This document shows, piece by piece, positions 28,876 to 39,641 of a stretch of DNA of 64,000 nucleotides. A program made the translations under genes and the position numbers. How positions within the stretch are numbered: the first letter of the stretch is position 1; each line of letters opens with the position of its first letter. Source of the DNA: Paracoccaceae bacterium (GTDB lineage Bacteria > Pseudomonadota > Alphaproteobacteria > Rhodobacterales > Rhodobacteraceae). The DNA is taken from assembly GCA_041596235.1 (NCBI GenBank), contig JBFHIW010000008.1:12277-76276 (forward strand), written 5' to 3'. Below the pieces are notes generated by a model that saw only the letters and a program-made list of their open reading frames with translations, ran no database searches and was not told the DNA's origin.

Positions 28876-30570
28876 ATGACGCCGCTCTCGACCCTCATTG
28901 CCCAAGGCCGGGGTCAGACCCCCGCCGATCTGGTCCTGCGCGGGGGGCGCATCCTCGACCTGATCACGGGCGCGCTGCTGGAAGGCGATGTCGCCATTTG
29001 CGGCGATACCATCGTCGGCACCTGCGCCAGTTATGACGCGGTCCGGATCATCGACGTGACCGGCCTGATCCTCGTACCCGGCTTCATCGACACCCATCTG
29101 CATATCGAAAGCTCTCTTGTCACGCCCCACGAATTCGACCGCTGCGTCGCGCCGCGCGGGGTGACAACGGCCATCTGCGATCCGCATGAGATCGCCAATG
29201 TGATCGGCACCGATGGCATCCGCTATTTCCAGCGGGCCGCGGAATGCACGTTGATGGATATCAGGGTGCAGCTGTCCTCCTGTGTGCCCTCGACCGACAT
29301 GGAAACCTCAGGCGCGCGGATCGAGGCTGCCGATCTGGCCGCGCTCATGGATCATCCGAAAGGCATCGGGCTGGCCGAGGTGATGAATTTCCCCGGCGTG
29401 CTTGCGGGCGATCCCGGCCTCATGGCCAAGCTCGACCTGTTCCGGGGCGGCCATGTCGATGGACACGCGCCGCAACTGACAGGCCGCGACCTGAATGGCT
29501 ATATCGCCGCCGGCATAAGGACCGAGCATGAGGCGACGACCGCCGCCGAGGCCCGCGAGAAGCTGCAGAAGGGGATGCACGTGCTGATCCGCGAAGGTTC
29601 GGTCAGCAAGGACATGGCCGCGCTGGCCCCTCTCCTGACCGATCTGACGGCCCCCTACATGTGCCTGTGCACCGATGACCGCAATCCGCTGGATATCGCG
29701 GAACACGGCCACCTTGACTACATGATCCGCAGCCTGATCGCATCGGGCGTTCCCCCCTTGGCCGCCTATCGTGCGGCAAGCCTTTCTGCGGCCGAGGCCT
29801 TCGGTCTCAAGGATCGCGGCCTGATCGCGCCGGGCAAGCGCGCCGATATCGTGGTGCTGGACGCGCTTGAAACCTGCCACGCGCGGATGGTGTTCTGCGG
29901 CGGTGTCCAGGTGACCGATGCGGCCTTTGCCGCGCGCACGCCCGTGCCACCGGTCGGGCGCGCCTCGGTCAAGGCTCCCACGGTCACGCCGCAGGATTTC
30001 CGCACCACCGGCAACCGCGAGACGACGGATGTGATCGGCATCATCGAAGGCAAGATCATCACCGAGCATCTGCACGCGGTGATCCCCATCACCGATGGCG
30101 ACAAGCGCCCCGATCCGGCACGCGACCTGATCAAGATCGCGGTGATCGAACGGCATGGCAAGAACGGCAATATCGCCACGGGTTTCGTGCGCGGTTTCGG
30201 CCTGCAGGCGGGGGCCATCGCCTCGACCGTGTGCCATGATCATCACAACATCGCCGTTGTGGGGGCCGATTACGCCGACATGGCACTTGCCGCAAACCGT
30301 CTGGGCCAGATCGAGGGCGGCTTTGTCGTGGTGCGGGACGGGCAGGTTCTGGCCGAACTGGCGCTGCCGGTCGCGGGCCTCATGAGCCTGGAGCCGTTTG
30401 AGGGCGTGCGCGCGCGCCTTGCCACCCTGCGCGCTGCGGCCCGCACAATTGGCGTGACGCTGGAGGAGCCTTTCCTGCAACTGGCCTTCCTTGCGCTGCC
30501 CGTGATCCCCGCGCTCAAGATCACCGACCGGGGGCTGGTCGATGTGAACCGGTTCGAGATCATCGGCTGA
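28876..30570 (+). CDS. ade: adenine deaminase
   Basis: 564 aa amidohydrolase. [11 protein letters not shown]...[14 protein letters not shown]... and the overall length are typical of Ade. Confidence 0.85.
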   Translation: MTPLSTLIAQGRGQTPADLVLRGGRILDLITGALLEGDVAICGDTIVGTCASYDAVRIIDVTGLILVPGFIDTHLHIESSLVTPHEFDRCVAPRGVTTAICDPHEIANVIGTDGIRYFQRAAECTLMDIRVQLSSCVPSTDMETSGARIEAADLAALMDHPKGIGLAEVMNFPGVLAGDPGLMAKLDLFRGGHVDGHAPQLTGRDLNGYIAAGIRTEHEATTAAEAREKLQKGMHVLIREGSVSKDMAALAPLLTDLTAPYMCLCTDDRNPLDIAEHGHLDYMIRSLIASGVPPLAAYRAASLSAAEAFGLKDRGLIAPGKRADIVVLDALETCHARMVFCGGVQVTDAAFAARTPVPPVGRASVKAPTVTPQDFRTTGNRETTDVIGIIEGKIITEHLHAVIPITDGDKRPDPARDLIKIAVIERHGKNGNIATGFVRGFGLQAGAIASTVCHDHHNIAVVGADYADMALAANRLGQIEGGFVVVRDGQVLAELALPVAGLMSLEPFEGVRARLATLRAAARTIGVTLEEPFLQLAFLALPVIPALKITDRGLVDVNRFEIIG

Positions 30571-30841
30571 GGCTTTGCCCGATGACGGCGATCGCGGCAT
30601 CCGCCATGTCCCGCTGGTCCCCTTCCATCAGGGTCGTCGGCCTGCTGGCGATGCTGGCGCTGATCCTTGACCTCAGGCACCGTAGGCGGGCCGCAGGCTG
30701 GGTTTGACCCTGCCGTGTCGGGATGCAATCGCGCAGGAATCCGTTGCGTCACATCGTTTATTCCGACAGGCAAAACAGTTTTCCACTGATTGACGGGTCT
30801 GGTCCAAGGCACTACCGTCCTGCCCAATTCGGGAGGATAGA

Positions 30842-32941
30842 ATGTCTGATACCACCGCCATCAACGACAAGATCACCATCGAACGGGCGGGCGAAATCGC
30901 CCTGATCCGGATCGACAATCCGCCGGTCAATGCCACCGGACAGGCCGTGCGCCAAGGGTTGCAGGACGCTGTCGAGAAGATCAACGCCGAAGGTACGGCC
31001 AAGGTCATCGCGATCTATGCGGCTGGTCGCACCTTCGTGGCCGGGGCCGATATCCGCGAATTCGGCAAGCCCTTCGTGCCGCCCGCGCTCCCGGATGTGT
31101 TCAACATCATCGAAGCCTCGGCTATCCCGGTGATCAGCGTGCTGCATGGCACGGCACTGGGCGGCGGGCTGGAATTGGGCCTTGCCACCCATGCCCGTAT
31201 CGGGATCGAAGGGTTGCGCGTCGGCCTGCCCGAGATTTTGCTGGGCCTGCTGCCCGGTGCCGGTGGCACACAGCGCATGCCGCGCCTGACAGGCGTGCCC
31301 TTCGCGCTGGACATGATCCTCTCGGGCCGTCAGGTCGCCGCGCCCGAGGCGCTTTCGGCTGGCATCATCGACCGGCTGGACGCTGGCGATCCGCGCGATG
31401 TGGCCTTGAAGGCCGCGCAGGATGTGATCAAGGGTACGCTGAAAACCCGCCGGACCGACCAGATCGCGGTGGTGCCGGATCAGGCGGCGCTGGATCAGAC
31501 CGCCGCCCATCTGAAGAAGACGCAAAGCCATCTTTTCTCGCCCCATAAATGCGTCGAGGCGGTCGCCGCCGCGACCCTGCCCATGGCGGAAGGCCTCAAG
31601 ATCGAGCGCGCAGCCTTCATGGATTGCATGAACACGCCGCAGCGCGCGGGCCTGATCCACGCCTTCTTTGGCGAGCGCGCCGTCAGCAATATCCCCGAGG
31701 CCAAGGGCCCCGCGCGCGACATCGCCCATGTCGGCGTGATCGGCGGCGGCACGATGGGATCGGGCATCGCCACCGCCTGTCTTCTGGCGGGCCTCAGGGT
31801 GACGCTGGTCGAGGTGGCGCAGGACGGTCTGGATCGTGGGATCGCCACGATCACCGGCAATCTTGACGGGGCTGTCAAACGCGGCAAGCTCAAGGCGGAC
31901 AAGCGTGACGCCACCCTTGCGATGCTGACCCCCGCGCTCGAGATGGGCGCGCTGGCGGATGTCGATCTGGTGATCGAAGCCGTGTTCGAGGACATGGGCG
32001 TCAAGAAGGACATCTTCGGCAGGCTGGATGCGATCTGCAAACCCGGCGCGATTCTGGCCTCCAACACCTCCTACCTCGACGTGAACGAGATCGCCTCGGT
32101 GACTGCGCGACCGCAGGACGTGATCGGCCTGCATTTCTTCAGCCCCGCGCATGTGATGCGCCTGCTGGAAATCGTTGTGGCCGACAAGACCGCGCCTGAT
32201 GTCGTGGCCAGCGGCTTTGCGCTGGCGAAAAAGCTGGGCAAGGTCGGCGTGCGCGCCGGTGTCTGCGACGGTTTCATCGGCAACCGGATCCTCGCGCACT
32301 ACAGCAAGACCGCGTCCTACCTCGTTCTGGACGGCGCCACGCCGCAGCAGGTGGATGCCGCGCTGGAAGGGTTCGGCTTTGCAATGGGGCCGCACAAGGT
32401 GGGTGACCTTGCAGGTCTCGACATCGGCTGGATGACCCGCAAGCGCAAGGCCGCCACCCGCGACCCGAATGAACGCTACGCCGGCGCGGTTGCCGACCGC
32501 ATCTGCGAGGAAGGCTGGTTCGGGCGCAAGACCGGCAAGGGCTATTACGTCTATGAGGGGAAAGACATCACCCCCAACCCCGCCGTTGCGACCTTCATCG
32601 ACGAGGCACGCGCCGCGGCCCAGATCACCCCGCGCCAGTTCACCGATCAGGAGATCGTCGACCGCTACATGACCGCCATGATCGTTGAGGCCGCCCGCGT
32701 GGTCGAAGACGGTACCGCCCGCCGCCCGCTGGATGTGGATATGGTGTTCCTGTTCGGCTACGGTTTCCCGCGTCACCGGGGCGGCCCGCTGCACTATGCC
32801 GACACCATCGGTGCCGCCGCACTGGTCGATCGCATCAAGGCCTATGCCAAAGAGGATGCGACCTATTGGCAGGTGCCCGCACTGCTTGAAAAGATGGCCG
32901 CGAACGGCACATCCTTTGCTGACATGAACAAGGAGGCCTGA
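30842..32941 (+). CDS. bifunctional enoyl-CoA hydratase / 3-hydroxyacyl-CoA dehydrogenase (FadB/FadJ-like)
   Basis: 699 aa. N-terminal crotonase fold (PPVNA...FVAGADI), then an NAD Rossmann motif [14 protein letters not shown] and HFFSPA. Confidence 0.85.
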   Translation: MSDTTAINDKITIERAGEIALIRIDNPPVNATGQAVRQGLQDAVEKINAEGTAKVIAIYAAGRTFVAGADIREFGKPFVPPALPDVFNIIEASAIPVISVLHGTALGGGLELGLATHARIGIEGLRVGLPEILLGLLPGAGGTQRMPRLTGVPFALDMILSGRQVAAPEALSAGIIDRLDAGDPRDVALKAAQDVIKGTLKTRRTDQIAVVPDQAALDQTAAHLKKTQSHLFSPHKCVEAVAAATLPMAEGLKIERAAFMDCMNTPQRAGLIHAFFGERAVSNIPEAKGPARDIAHVGVIGGGTMGSGIATACLLAGLRVTLVEVAQDGLDRGIATITGNLDGAVKRGKLKADKRDATLAMLTPALEMGALADVDLVIEAVFEDMGVKKDIFGRLDAICKPGAILASNTSYLDVNEIASVTARPQDVIGLHFFSPAHVMRLLEIVVADKTAPDVVASGFALAKKLGKVGVRAGVCDGFIGNRILAHYSKTASYLVLDGATPQQVDAALEGFGFAMGPHKVGDLAGLDIGWMTRKRKAATRDPNERYAGAVADRICEEGWFGRKTGKGYYVYEGKDITPNPAVATFIDEARAAAQITPRQFTDQEIVDRYMTAMIVEAARVVEDGTARRPLDVDMVFLFGYGFPRHRGGPLHYADTIGAAALVDRIKAYAKEDATYWQVPALLEKMAANGTSFADMNKEA

Positions 32942-32944
32942 GAC

Positions 32945-34132
32945 ATGGACCTGAGTTTTTCCCCCGAGGAAATCGCCTTCCGCGACGAGGTGCGGGCCTA
33001 TCTGGCCGAGAACCTGCCCAAGCGCATCTCGGACGCCGTGCGCAACGGCACCGAGCAGACCAAGGAAATGGCCGAGGAATGGCACGCCATCCTGAACGCG
33101 AAGGGCTGGCTTGCCACCACGTGGGGCGTGGAATTCGGCGGACCCGGCTGGACCCCCGTGCAAAAGCACATCTTCGAGGAGGAATGCTGCCGCGCCTATG
33201 CGCCGCGCATCGTGCCCTTCGGCCTCAACATGCTTGGGCCGGTGCTGCAAGCCTTCGGCACCAAGGAACAACAGGACACCATCCTGCCGCGCATTCTGGA
33301 CGGCACCGACTGGTGGTGTCAGGGCTATTCCGAACCGGGCGCCGGATCGGACCTTGCCAGCCTCAAGACCCGCGCCGTGCGCGACGGGGATCATTATGTG
33401 ATCAACGGCCAGAAAACCTGGACCACGCTGGGCCAGCACGCCAACAAGATCTTCTGCCTCTGCCGTACCGACCCCGAGGCCAAGCAGCAGGAAGGCATCA
33501 GCTTCATTCTGGTCGATCTGGATACGCCCGGCATCGAAATGCGCCCCATCCGCCTGATCGAAGGCGGGCATGAGGTCAACGAAGTGTTCTTCACCGATGT
33601 CCGCGTGCCCGTCTCGAACCTTGTGGGCGAGGAAAACAAGGGCTGGACCATCGCCAAGTTCCTGCTGACCCATGAACGCACCGGCATCGCGGGCGTGGGC
33701 TTTTCCATGCAGTCGCTGGAAGAGGTCAAGGCGCTGGCCCGCAAGATCCGCCGTGGTGGTCGCCCCCTGATCGAGGATCCGCTCTTCGCCGCGCGTATCG
33801 CGCAGGCCGAAATCGACCTTGAGGCCATGAAGATCACCAATTTGCGCATGCTCTTCAAGGCGCAGCAGCAGGGCGCACCGGGGCCGGAAACCTCGATCCT
33901 CAAGATCAAGGGCACGGTGATCCATCAGGAGCTCAAGGACCTTGCGCGCCGCGCGCTCGGTCCGGTGGCCGCACCCTTCCCCGGCTCGATGACGGACGGG
34001 AACATCATGTTCGGCCCCGAGGGCACGTCGAACAACGCCGCGCGCTATTTCAACAACCGCAAGACCTCGATCTTCGGTGGATCGAACGAGATCCAGCGCA
34101 ACATCCTGACCAAGACCATGCTGGAGCTGTAA
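32945..34132 (+). CDS. acyl-CoA dehydrogenase (catalytic-type subunit)
   Basis: 395 aa. YSEPGAGSDL and C-terminal IFGGSNEIQRNIL with the catalytic-Glu context. Confidence 0.8.
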   Translation: MDLSFSPEEIAFRDEVRAYLAENLPKRISDAVRNGTEQTKEMAEEWHAILNAKGWLATTWGVEFGGPGWTPVQKHIFEEECCRAYAPRIVPFGLNMLGPVLQAFGTKEQQDTILPRILDGTDWWCQGYSEPGAGSDLASLKTRAVRDGDHYVINGQKTWTTLGQHANKIFCLCRTDPEAKQQEGISFILVDLDTPGIEMRPIRLIEGGHEVNEVFFTDVRVPVSNLVGEENKGWTIAKFLLTHERTGIAGVGFSMQSLEEVKALARKIRRGGRPLIEDPLFAARIAQAEIDLEAMKITNLRMLFKAQQQGAPGPETSILKIKGTVIHQELKDLARRALGPVAAPFPGSMTDGNIMFGPEGTSNNAARYFNNRKTSIFGGSNEIQRNILTKTMLEL

Positions 34133-34135
34133 CCG

Positions 34136-35209
34136 ATGGATTTCAATCTGACCGAAGACCGCCGGATGCTGCAGGACAGCCTGACCCGCTATCTTGGCGA
34201 CAAGTATCCCGTCGATCACCGCAACAAGGTGGCCTATGCGCTGCCCTGCCATGACCCCGCGAAATGGGATGAGCTGGCCGAGCTTGGCGCGCTGTTCGCG
34301 CTGGCACCGGAAGATGCGGGTGGCTTTGGCGGCACCGGCTTCGACATCATGGTGGTGTTCGAGGCGCTGGGCCGTGCCCTGAACCCCGAACCGATGCTGG
34401 GCGCCGCGATGGCTAGCCGCCTGATGACCAAGGTCGGCGCGGATCAGGAAGCGCTTTTGTCTGGCGCCACGAAATATGCCGTCGGCGTGGGCGAGGTCGA
34501 AGCCCCCTATGAGCTGGACCAGATCGCCTGCACCGCAACCGCCAAAGGCGCGGGCCATGTGCTGTCAGGGCGCAAGTCATCCGTCTATGGCGGGCAGGCG
34601 GCTGATGTGATCCTTGTCGCCGCCATGCTGGATGGAAAAACCGCCCTGTTTCAGGTGCAGGCATCCGACGCCCAGATCGCGGGCTATCCGATGATGGATG
34701 GCGGCGGTGCCGCCGAGATTCTGCTGGATGACACGCCCGCCACGCTGCTGCTGGCCGACGCGGCCGAGGCGCTGACCGATGCGCTGAACGCAGGCACCTT
34801 GGCGCTTTGCGCGGAAGCCGTGGGCGCGATGGAAGTGACCCACGCGACCACGCTTGATTACCTGCGTACCCGCAAGCAGTTCGGTGTGCCGATCGGCAAG
34901 TTTCAGGTGCTGCAACACCGCGCCGTCGACATGCTGACCGAGATCGAGCAGTCCCGTTCGATCACCATCAAGGCCGCCTCCGAACTGGATGGCCCCGATG
35001 CCTCGCGCTTCGTGTCGATGGCGAAAAACCTGATTGGCCGCGCCGCACGGCTTGTGGCGGAGGAATCGATCCAGATGCACGGCGGCATTGCGATGACATG
35101 GGAATACCCGATCTCGCATTACGCCAAGCGTCTGGTGATGCTGGATGCGCAGCTTGGCGATACCGACTACCACCTGTCACGGGTGATGGCGGGATTGCGG
35201 GCGGCGTAA
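34136..35209 (+). CDS. acyl-CoA dehydrogenase family protein (partner subunit)
   Basis: 357 aa, starting 4 nt after the preceding ACAD stop. QFGVPIGKFQVLQHR and QMHGGIAMTWEYPISHY. Confidence 0.75.
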   Translation: MDFNLTEDRRMLQDSLTRYLGDKYPVDHRNKVAYALPCHDPAKWDELAELGALFALAPEDAGGFGGTGFDIMVVFEALGRALNPEPMLGAAMASRLMTKVGADQEALLSGATKYAVGVGEVEAPYELDQIACTATAKGAGHVLSGRKSSVYGGQAADVILVAAMLDGKTALFQVQASDAQIAGYPMMDGGGAAEILLDDTPATLLLADAAEALTDALNAGTLALCAEAVGAMEVTHATTLDYLRTRKQFGVPIGKFQVLQHRAVDMLTEIEQSRSITIKAASELDGPDASRFVSMAKNLIGRAARLVAEESIQMHGGIAMTWEYPISHYAKRLVMLDAQLGDTDYHLSRVMAGLRAA

Positions 35210-35218
35210 ATATTGTAT

Positions 35219-35255
35219 GGCGAGGGTGGCGTACCACAAATGCGCCGCCCTCGCC
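35219..35255. terminator. 13-bp GC-rich hairpin after the ACAD operon
   Basis: GGCGAGGGTGGCG-(11 nt)-CGCCGCCCTCGCC begins 10 nt after the stop at 35209. There is no strong T-run. Confidence 0.4.
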
Positions 35256-35437
35256 TCGACACCATCGCCGCATCGCCACCCAGCGTGTCGGCGATCCAGG
35301 GTCTTGGCAATTAGGTCTGGTGCGAGCCAGCAACGGTTAAGAAGTCCCTAATGCGCCTCGGCAACCCATTGAAAGCAAAGGGTCTGGAAAATGCCCCATC
35401 ATGGGACACTTTCTCAGAGCATTAGAATCAGGGCCGA

Positions 35438-36067
35438 TTACCGCTTGCGGTCGCGGCGCGAGGACATGGGCTGGAACGCCACGCCGACATGCGCCTCGCA
35501 ATAGGGTTTGCCGGGCTGAGTGGGCAGGCCGCAGAACCAGAAATTGTCGGTTGCGGGGTCACCCACGGGCCATTTGCAGGTCCGCTCGGTCAGTTCCATC
35601 AGGGTCAGGCGGCGGGCCTTCTTTTCGATCTCGCTGACCTTGGCCAAAGCCTCGGGGCTGATTTCGTTGGCCGAAGGCTGCGGGGGCAGGGGCTGACCCG
35701 CCGGGATGATCGCCTTGCGGGTATGGGGCACCGTTGCGGGCCGGGTATCGGTATCGCCGTCGTCCTCGGCCTCAACCACATCGTCTTCGACCGGGCGCGG
35801 TGCCGGCTTTGCGGCGGGCCTTGCCTTGGCTTCGGCCGGTTTCGGCGCGGGTTTCGGCTTGGCCTCGGGCTTGGCAGTGGTGCCTGCAGCGGCAGGCGCG
35901 GCCGGCGCCGGTGTCGGGCCGGCACGGTTGGACAGGCCAAGGCGGTGAACCTTGCCGATCACGGCATTGCGCGTCACGCCGCCAAGTTCCTTGGCGATCT
36001 GGCTGGCCGACTGGCCCTCGCCCCACATTTTCTTCAACAGTTCGACGCGCTCATCGGTCCAGGACAT
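35438..36067 (-). CDS. gcrA: cell cycle regulator GcrA
   Basis: MSWTDERVELLKKMWGEGQSASQIAKELGGVTRNAVIGKVHRLGL, a Pro/Ala-rich linker, and the conserved C-terminus CKWPVGDP...FCG. Confidence 0.9.
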   Translation of the reverse strand: MSWTDERVELLKKMWGEGQSASQIAKELGGVTRNAVIGKVHRLGLSNRAGPTPAPAAPAAAGTTAKPEAKPKPAPKPAEAKARPAAKPAPRPVEDDVVEAEDDGDTDTRPATVPHTRKAIIPAGQPLPPQPSANEISPEALAKVSEIEKKARRLTLMELTERTCKWPVGDPATDNFWFCGLPTQPGKPYCEAHVGVAFQPMSSRRDRKR

Positions 36068-36245
36068 GGTCTTTCCTTACCCAAAAGGCGGCCCGCATTG
36101 TCCGGGGCCGCCCTGTCATCTCAGAGCGTCCTATTCTAAACAACCCTTGCCGAGTTACAAGGTGCCGAATCACGCCTGTCGTCCGGATAGGCACCTGCGG
36201 CGCCGCCAATGCTCTTTCATGGGCGCAACCAAGAGGGACCCCCCG

Positions 36246-37049
36246 ATGCCGCAGACACTGGACATGGGAAACCGCCGCTTTGGCCGTGTGAACTGGCTTG
36301 GACTTTACACGCTCGCCCTGCGCGAGGTGATGCGCTTCGTCTCGGTCTGGACGCAGACACTGTTGGCGCCCCTCGTCACGGCCGCGCTATTCCTGCTGAT
36401 CTTCTCGATTGCCATCGGTCCCAACCGGGGCGAGGTGCTGGGCGTGTCCTTCACCGCCTTCATCGCGCCGGGGATCCTGATGATGACAGTGATCCAGAAC
36501 GCCTTTGCCAATACCTCGTCCTCGATCGTGATTTCGAAGGTACAGGGCAATATCGTGGACACGCTGATGCCCCCGCTCTCGGCGGGCGAACTGGTGATCG
36601 GTTACCTGGCGGGCGGGCTGGTGCGCGGTCTGGCCGTGGCGCTGGCGATCGGGCTTGGTATCCTCTTGGTGCTGGGCCTTCCGATCGTGCATCCGCTCTG
36701 GGCGCTTGTCTTCGTGATCCTCGGGTCCACCCTGATGGGGGCGGTCGGGCTGGTTGCGGGGATCTTCGCCAACAAGTTCGACCAGATGGCGGCGATCACC
36801 AACTTCATCGTCACACCGCTGGCTTTTCTGTCAGGCACCTTCTATTCCGTCGCCGCCTTGCCGCCGGTGATCTACGAGATCACCCATGTGAACCCGGTGT
36901 TCTACCTGATCGACGGGGTGCGTTTCGGGGTGCTGGGGGTGTCTGACAGCTCGCCCTGGCTGGGGCTGGCCGTGTGTTCCGTGACGACGCTTGCCGCAGC
37001 GCTTGTCGCCTGGGCGATGTTCCGCACCGGATATCGGCTGAAGGCCTGA
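36246..37049 (+). CDS. ABC-2 type transporter permease (YadH-like)
   Basis: Internal Met of ORF 35952..37049. 6 TM, with a LYTLALREVMRF... start typical of ABC-2 permeases. No ATPase gene is adjacent. Confidence 0.7.
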   Translation: MPQTLDMGNRRFGRVNWLGLYTLALREVMRFVSVWTQTLLAPLVTAALFLLIFSIAIGPNRGEVLGVSFTAFIAPGILMMTVIQNAFANTSSSIVISKVQGNIVDTLMPPLSAGELVIGYLAGGLVRGLAVALAIGLGILLVLGLPIVHPLWALVFVILGSTLMGAVGLVAGIFANKFDQMAAITNFIVTPLAFLSGTFYSVAALPPVIYEITHVNPVFYLIDGVRFGVLGVSDSSPWLGLAVCSVTTLAAALVAWAMFRTGYRLKA

Positions 37050-37342
37050 TCCCGTGCGGGTGGGCGGGCGCGATTTCATCTTGGCGCGACCGCAGATTGA
37101 CGCTATGCAAAATCGCATGAGCACAAGCATCCGCCTCTCCGCGATCAGCCGACGTCGACGCATCCGCGCCTGACGGCACCGCCGCTGTGTTCACTGCGCC
37201 ACTGCGCAACCCACCCCCGCCCATACCGATCGAAGGCAGTGCTTGCCATTTATTGCGTCACAAGGCGCATTTCCTTCGAGATTGTTGACTTGAGGTCCCT
37301 GCTGATGCACTCACAGGGCCTTGCCATGAAAGGAAGATCGCG

Positions 37343-38524
37343 ATGATCCCGTCCATATTGCCAACTTACAACCGCGCTGCCCTGCAATTCGTCAAGGGCG
37401 AAGGTAGCTGGATGATCGAGGCTGACGGGCGACGCTTTCTGGACATGGGGGCAGGTATCGCCGTGAACGCGCTGGGACATGCGCATCCCGCGCTTGTCGC
37501 GGCGCTGACCGAACAGGCTGGCAAGCTGTGGCATGTGTCGAACCTCTACCAGATCCCGCAGCAGCAGGCGCTGGCCGACAAGCTGGTCGAGACGACCTTT
37601 GCCGATACGGTCTTTTTCACCAATTCGGGCACCGAAAGCTGCGAACTGGCCGTGAAGATGGCGCGCAAATACTGGTATGACAAAGGTCAGCCAGAGCGGA
37701 CCGACATCATCACGTTCAACGGATCGTTCCATGGCCGATCCTCGGCGGGTATCGCCGCTGCCGGCTCGGAAAAGATGATCAAGGGCTTTGCACCGCTGCT
37801 GCCCGGTTTCGTGCATCTGGACTGGGGCGATCATGACGCCCTGCACGCGGCCATTAATGAGCGCACCGCAGCCATCCTGATCGAGCCGATCCAGGGTGAG
37901 GGCGGGATCCGCCCGCTGCCGGATCAGTGCCTCAAGGGGCTGCGCGCGCTGTGCGACCAGACCGGAACGCTTCTGATCCTGGACGAGGTGCAATGCGGCA
38001 TGGGCCGGACGGGGCGTCTTTTCGCCCATGAATGGGCCGGTGTCAGCCCTGACATCATGATGGTCGCCAAGGGCATCGGCGGGGGTTTTCCGCTCGGTGC
38101 GGTTCTGGCCACCGAGGATGCGGCATCCGGCATGACCGCGGGCACCCATGGGTCGACCTATGGCGGCAACCCGCTGGCCTGTGCGGTGGGTCTGGCCGTG
38201 ATGCAGATCCTGTCTGATCCCGCGTTTCTTGACGGGGTCCGCGCCCGCGCCGGTGCCTTGCGCCAGAAGCTTGAGGGGCTTGTCGCCGCGCATCCCGATG
38301 TCTTTGACTCCGTGCGTGGCACCGGCCTGATGCTGGGTCTGAAATGCAAGCCGTCGAACCTCGATGTGGTGGCGGCCGGCTATGCCGAGCAGCTGATCAC
38401 CGTTCCTGCGGGCGACAATGTCATCCGGTTGCTGCCCCCGCTGAACCTGTCGGAAGAGGAGGTCGCCGAGGCGGTTGCACGCCTCGACCGCGCCGCCACC
38501 GCGCTCGAGGGCCAGTCCGCCTGA
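37343..38524 (+). CDS. argD: acetylornithine aminotransferase
   Basis: 393 aa class-III aminotransferase (FTNSGTESCE, ILDEVQCGMGRTG, VAKGIGGGFP). It is upstream of argF. Confidence 0.85.
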   Translation: MIPSILPTYNRAALQFVKGEGSWMIEADGRRFLDMGAGIAVNALGHAHPALVAALTEQAGKLWHVSNLYQIPQQQALADKLVETTFADTVFFTNSGTESCELAVKMARKYWYDKGQPERTDIITFNGSFHGRSSAGIAAAGSEKMIKGFAPLLPGFVHLDWGDHDALHAAINERTAAILIEPIQGEGGIRPLPDQCLKGLRALCDQTGTLLILDEVQCGMGRTGRLFAHEWAGVSPDIMMVAKGIGGGFPLGAVLATEDAASGMTAGTHGSTYGGNPLACAVGLAVMQILSDPAFLDGVRARAGALRQKLEGLVAAHPDVFDSVRGTGLMLGLKCKPSNLDVVAAGYAEQLITVPAGDNVIRLLPPLNLSEEEVAEAVARLDRAATALEGQSA

Positions 38525-38592
38525 GCTTCTTCTTGCCACAAATATCCCGGGGGGATCGCTCAACGCAGTTGAGCGTGGGGGGCTGGCCCCCC
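38525..38592 (-). repeat. REP-like intergenic repeat, copy b
   Basis: GCTTCTTCTTGCCACAAATATCCCGGGGGG..GCTCAACGCAGTTGAGC..GGGGGGCTGGCCCCCC begins immediately after the argD stop. Confidence 0.8.
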
Positions 38593-38623
38593 TTTGGTCC
38601 TCCCTTTTCAGGAAAAGATCCAC

Positions 38624-39550
38624 ATGCCGCATTTTCTGGACATCAATAAAACCACGCCTGCCGATCTGCGGCGCATGATCGACAATGCTCGTGCGATCAA
38701 GGATGCGCGCGCTGGCCGGCCCAAGGGCATGCGCGATGACGATCAGCCACTGGCCGGTCAGATGGTCGCGCTGATCTTCGAGAAACCCTCGACCCGGACG
38801 CGCGTGTCATTCGATGTCGGGGTGCGCCAGATGGGCGGGCAGACCATGGTCCTGTCCGGGGCGGACATGCAGCTTGGCCATGGCGAGACCATTGCCGATA
38901 CGGCCCGCGTGCTGTCGCGCTATGTGGACATGATCATGATCCGCACCTTCGAGGAGGCGACGCTTCTGGAGATGGCCGAACATGCGACGGTTCCGGTGAT
39001 CAACGGGCTGACCAACCGCACCCATCCCTGCCAGATCATGGCCGATATCATGACCTTCGAAGAGCATCGCGGCCCGATCCGCGGGCGCAAGGTGGTCTGG
39101 TCCGGCGACGGCAACAATGTCTTTGCCAGCTTTGCCCATGCGGCCGGACAATTCGGGTTCGACCTGGTGTTCACCGGCCCGCCGCCGCTGGACCCCGAGC
39201 AGGTCTTCATCGACGAGGCCCGCGCCAAGGGCGTGAACGTCACCATCGAGCGCGATCCCTACAGGGCTGTCGAGGGGGCCGATCTTGTCGTGACCGATAC
39301 ATGGGTCAGCATGCATGATCCGCAATCGGCCCGCGAACGGCGGCACAACCAGCTGCGCGCCTATCAGGTGAACGAGGCGCTGATGGCGCGCGCCAAGCCT
39401 GACGCGCTGTTCATGCATTGCCTGCCTGCCCATCGCGATGACGAGGCGACAAGCGCGGTGATGGATGGCCCGCATTCGGTGATCTTCGACGAGGCCGAGA
39501 ACCGCCTGCATGCGCAAAAGGCGATCATGCGCTGGTGTCTGGCCAAGTAG
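38624..39550 (+). CDS. argF: ornithine carbamoyltransferase
   Basis: Internal Met MPHFLDINK... The motifs [16 protein letters not shown] and HCLPA are the OTCase hallmarks. Confidence 0.9.
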   Translation: MPHFLDINKTTPADLRRMIDNARAIKDARAGRPKGMRDDDQPLAGQMVALIFEKPSTRTRVSFDVGVRQMGGQTMVLSGADMQLGHGETIADTARVLSRYVDMIMIRTFEEATLLEMAEHATVPVINGLTNRTHPCQIMADIMTFEEHRGPIRGRKVVWSGDGNNVFASFAHAAGQFGFDLVFTGPPPLDPEQVFIDEARAKGVNVTIERDPYRAVEGADLVVTDTWVSMHDPQSARERRHNQLRAYQVNEALMARAKPDALFMHCLPAHRDDEATSAVMDGPHSVIFDEAENRLHAQKAIMRWCLAK

Positions 39551-39570
39551 CGGTTGCCGATCGGGCGGGC

Positions 39571-39630
39571 AGGGGGGCTCTGCCCCCCGTCCTGCGGACT
39601 CCCCCCGGGATATTTCGGGCAAGAAGAAAA
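39571..39630 (+). repeat. REP-like intergenic repeat, copy c
   Basis: AGGGGGGCTCTGCCCCCCGTCCTGCGGACTCCCCCCGGGATATTTCGGGCAAGAAGAAAA ends 11 nt from the stop of pit (minus strand). Confidence 0.8.
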
Positions 39631-39641
39631 CGCCGACCGCG

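Noticed and set aside
30582-30707. A 41-codon ORF (MTAIAASAMSRWSPSIRVVGLLAMLALILDLRHRRRAAGWV) in the ade-fadB spacer, a possible small membrane protein.
   Set aside because: It has G/C-ending codons and one hydrophobic segment, but no convincing SD and no recognisable family. It is too short to support from sequence alone.
30812-34558. A 1248-aa uninterrupted ORF on the minus strand spanning three + strand genes.
   Set aside because: - It is exactly antisense to three well-supported genes (FadB-like and two ACADs) and crosses their boundaries.
- Its product is Arg/Gly/Ala/His-rich low-complexity sequence with no recognisable motifs.
- Stop-free antisense frames are expected when sense codons end almost always in G/C.
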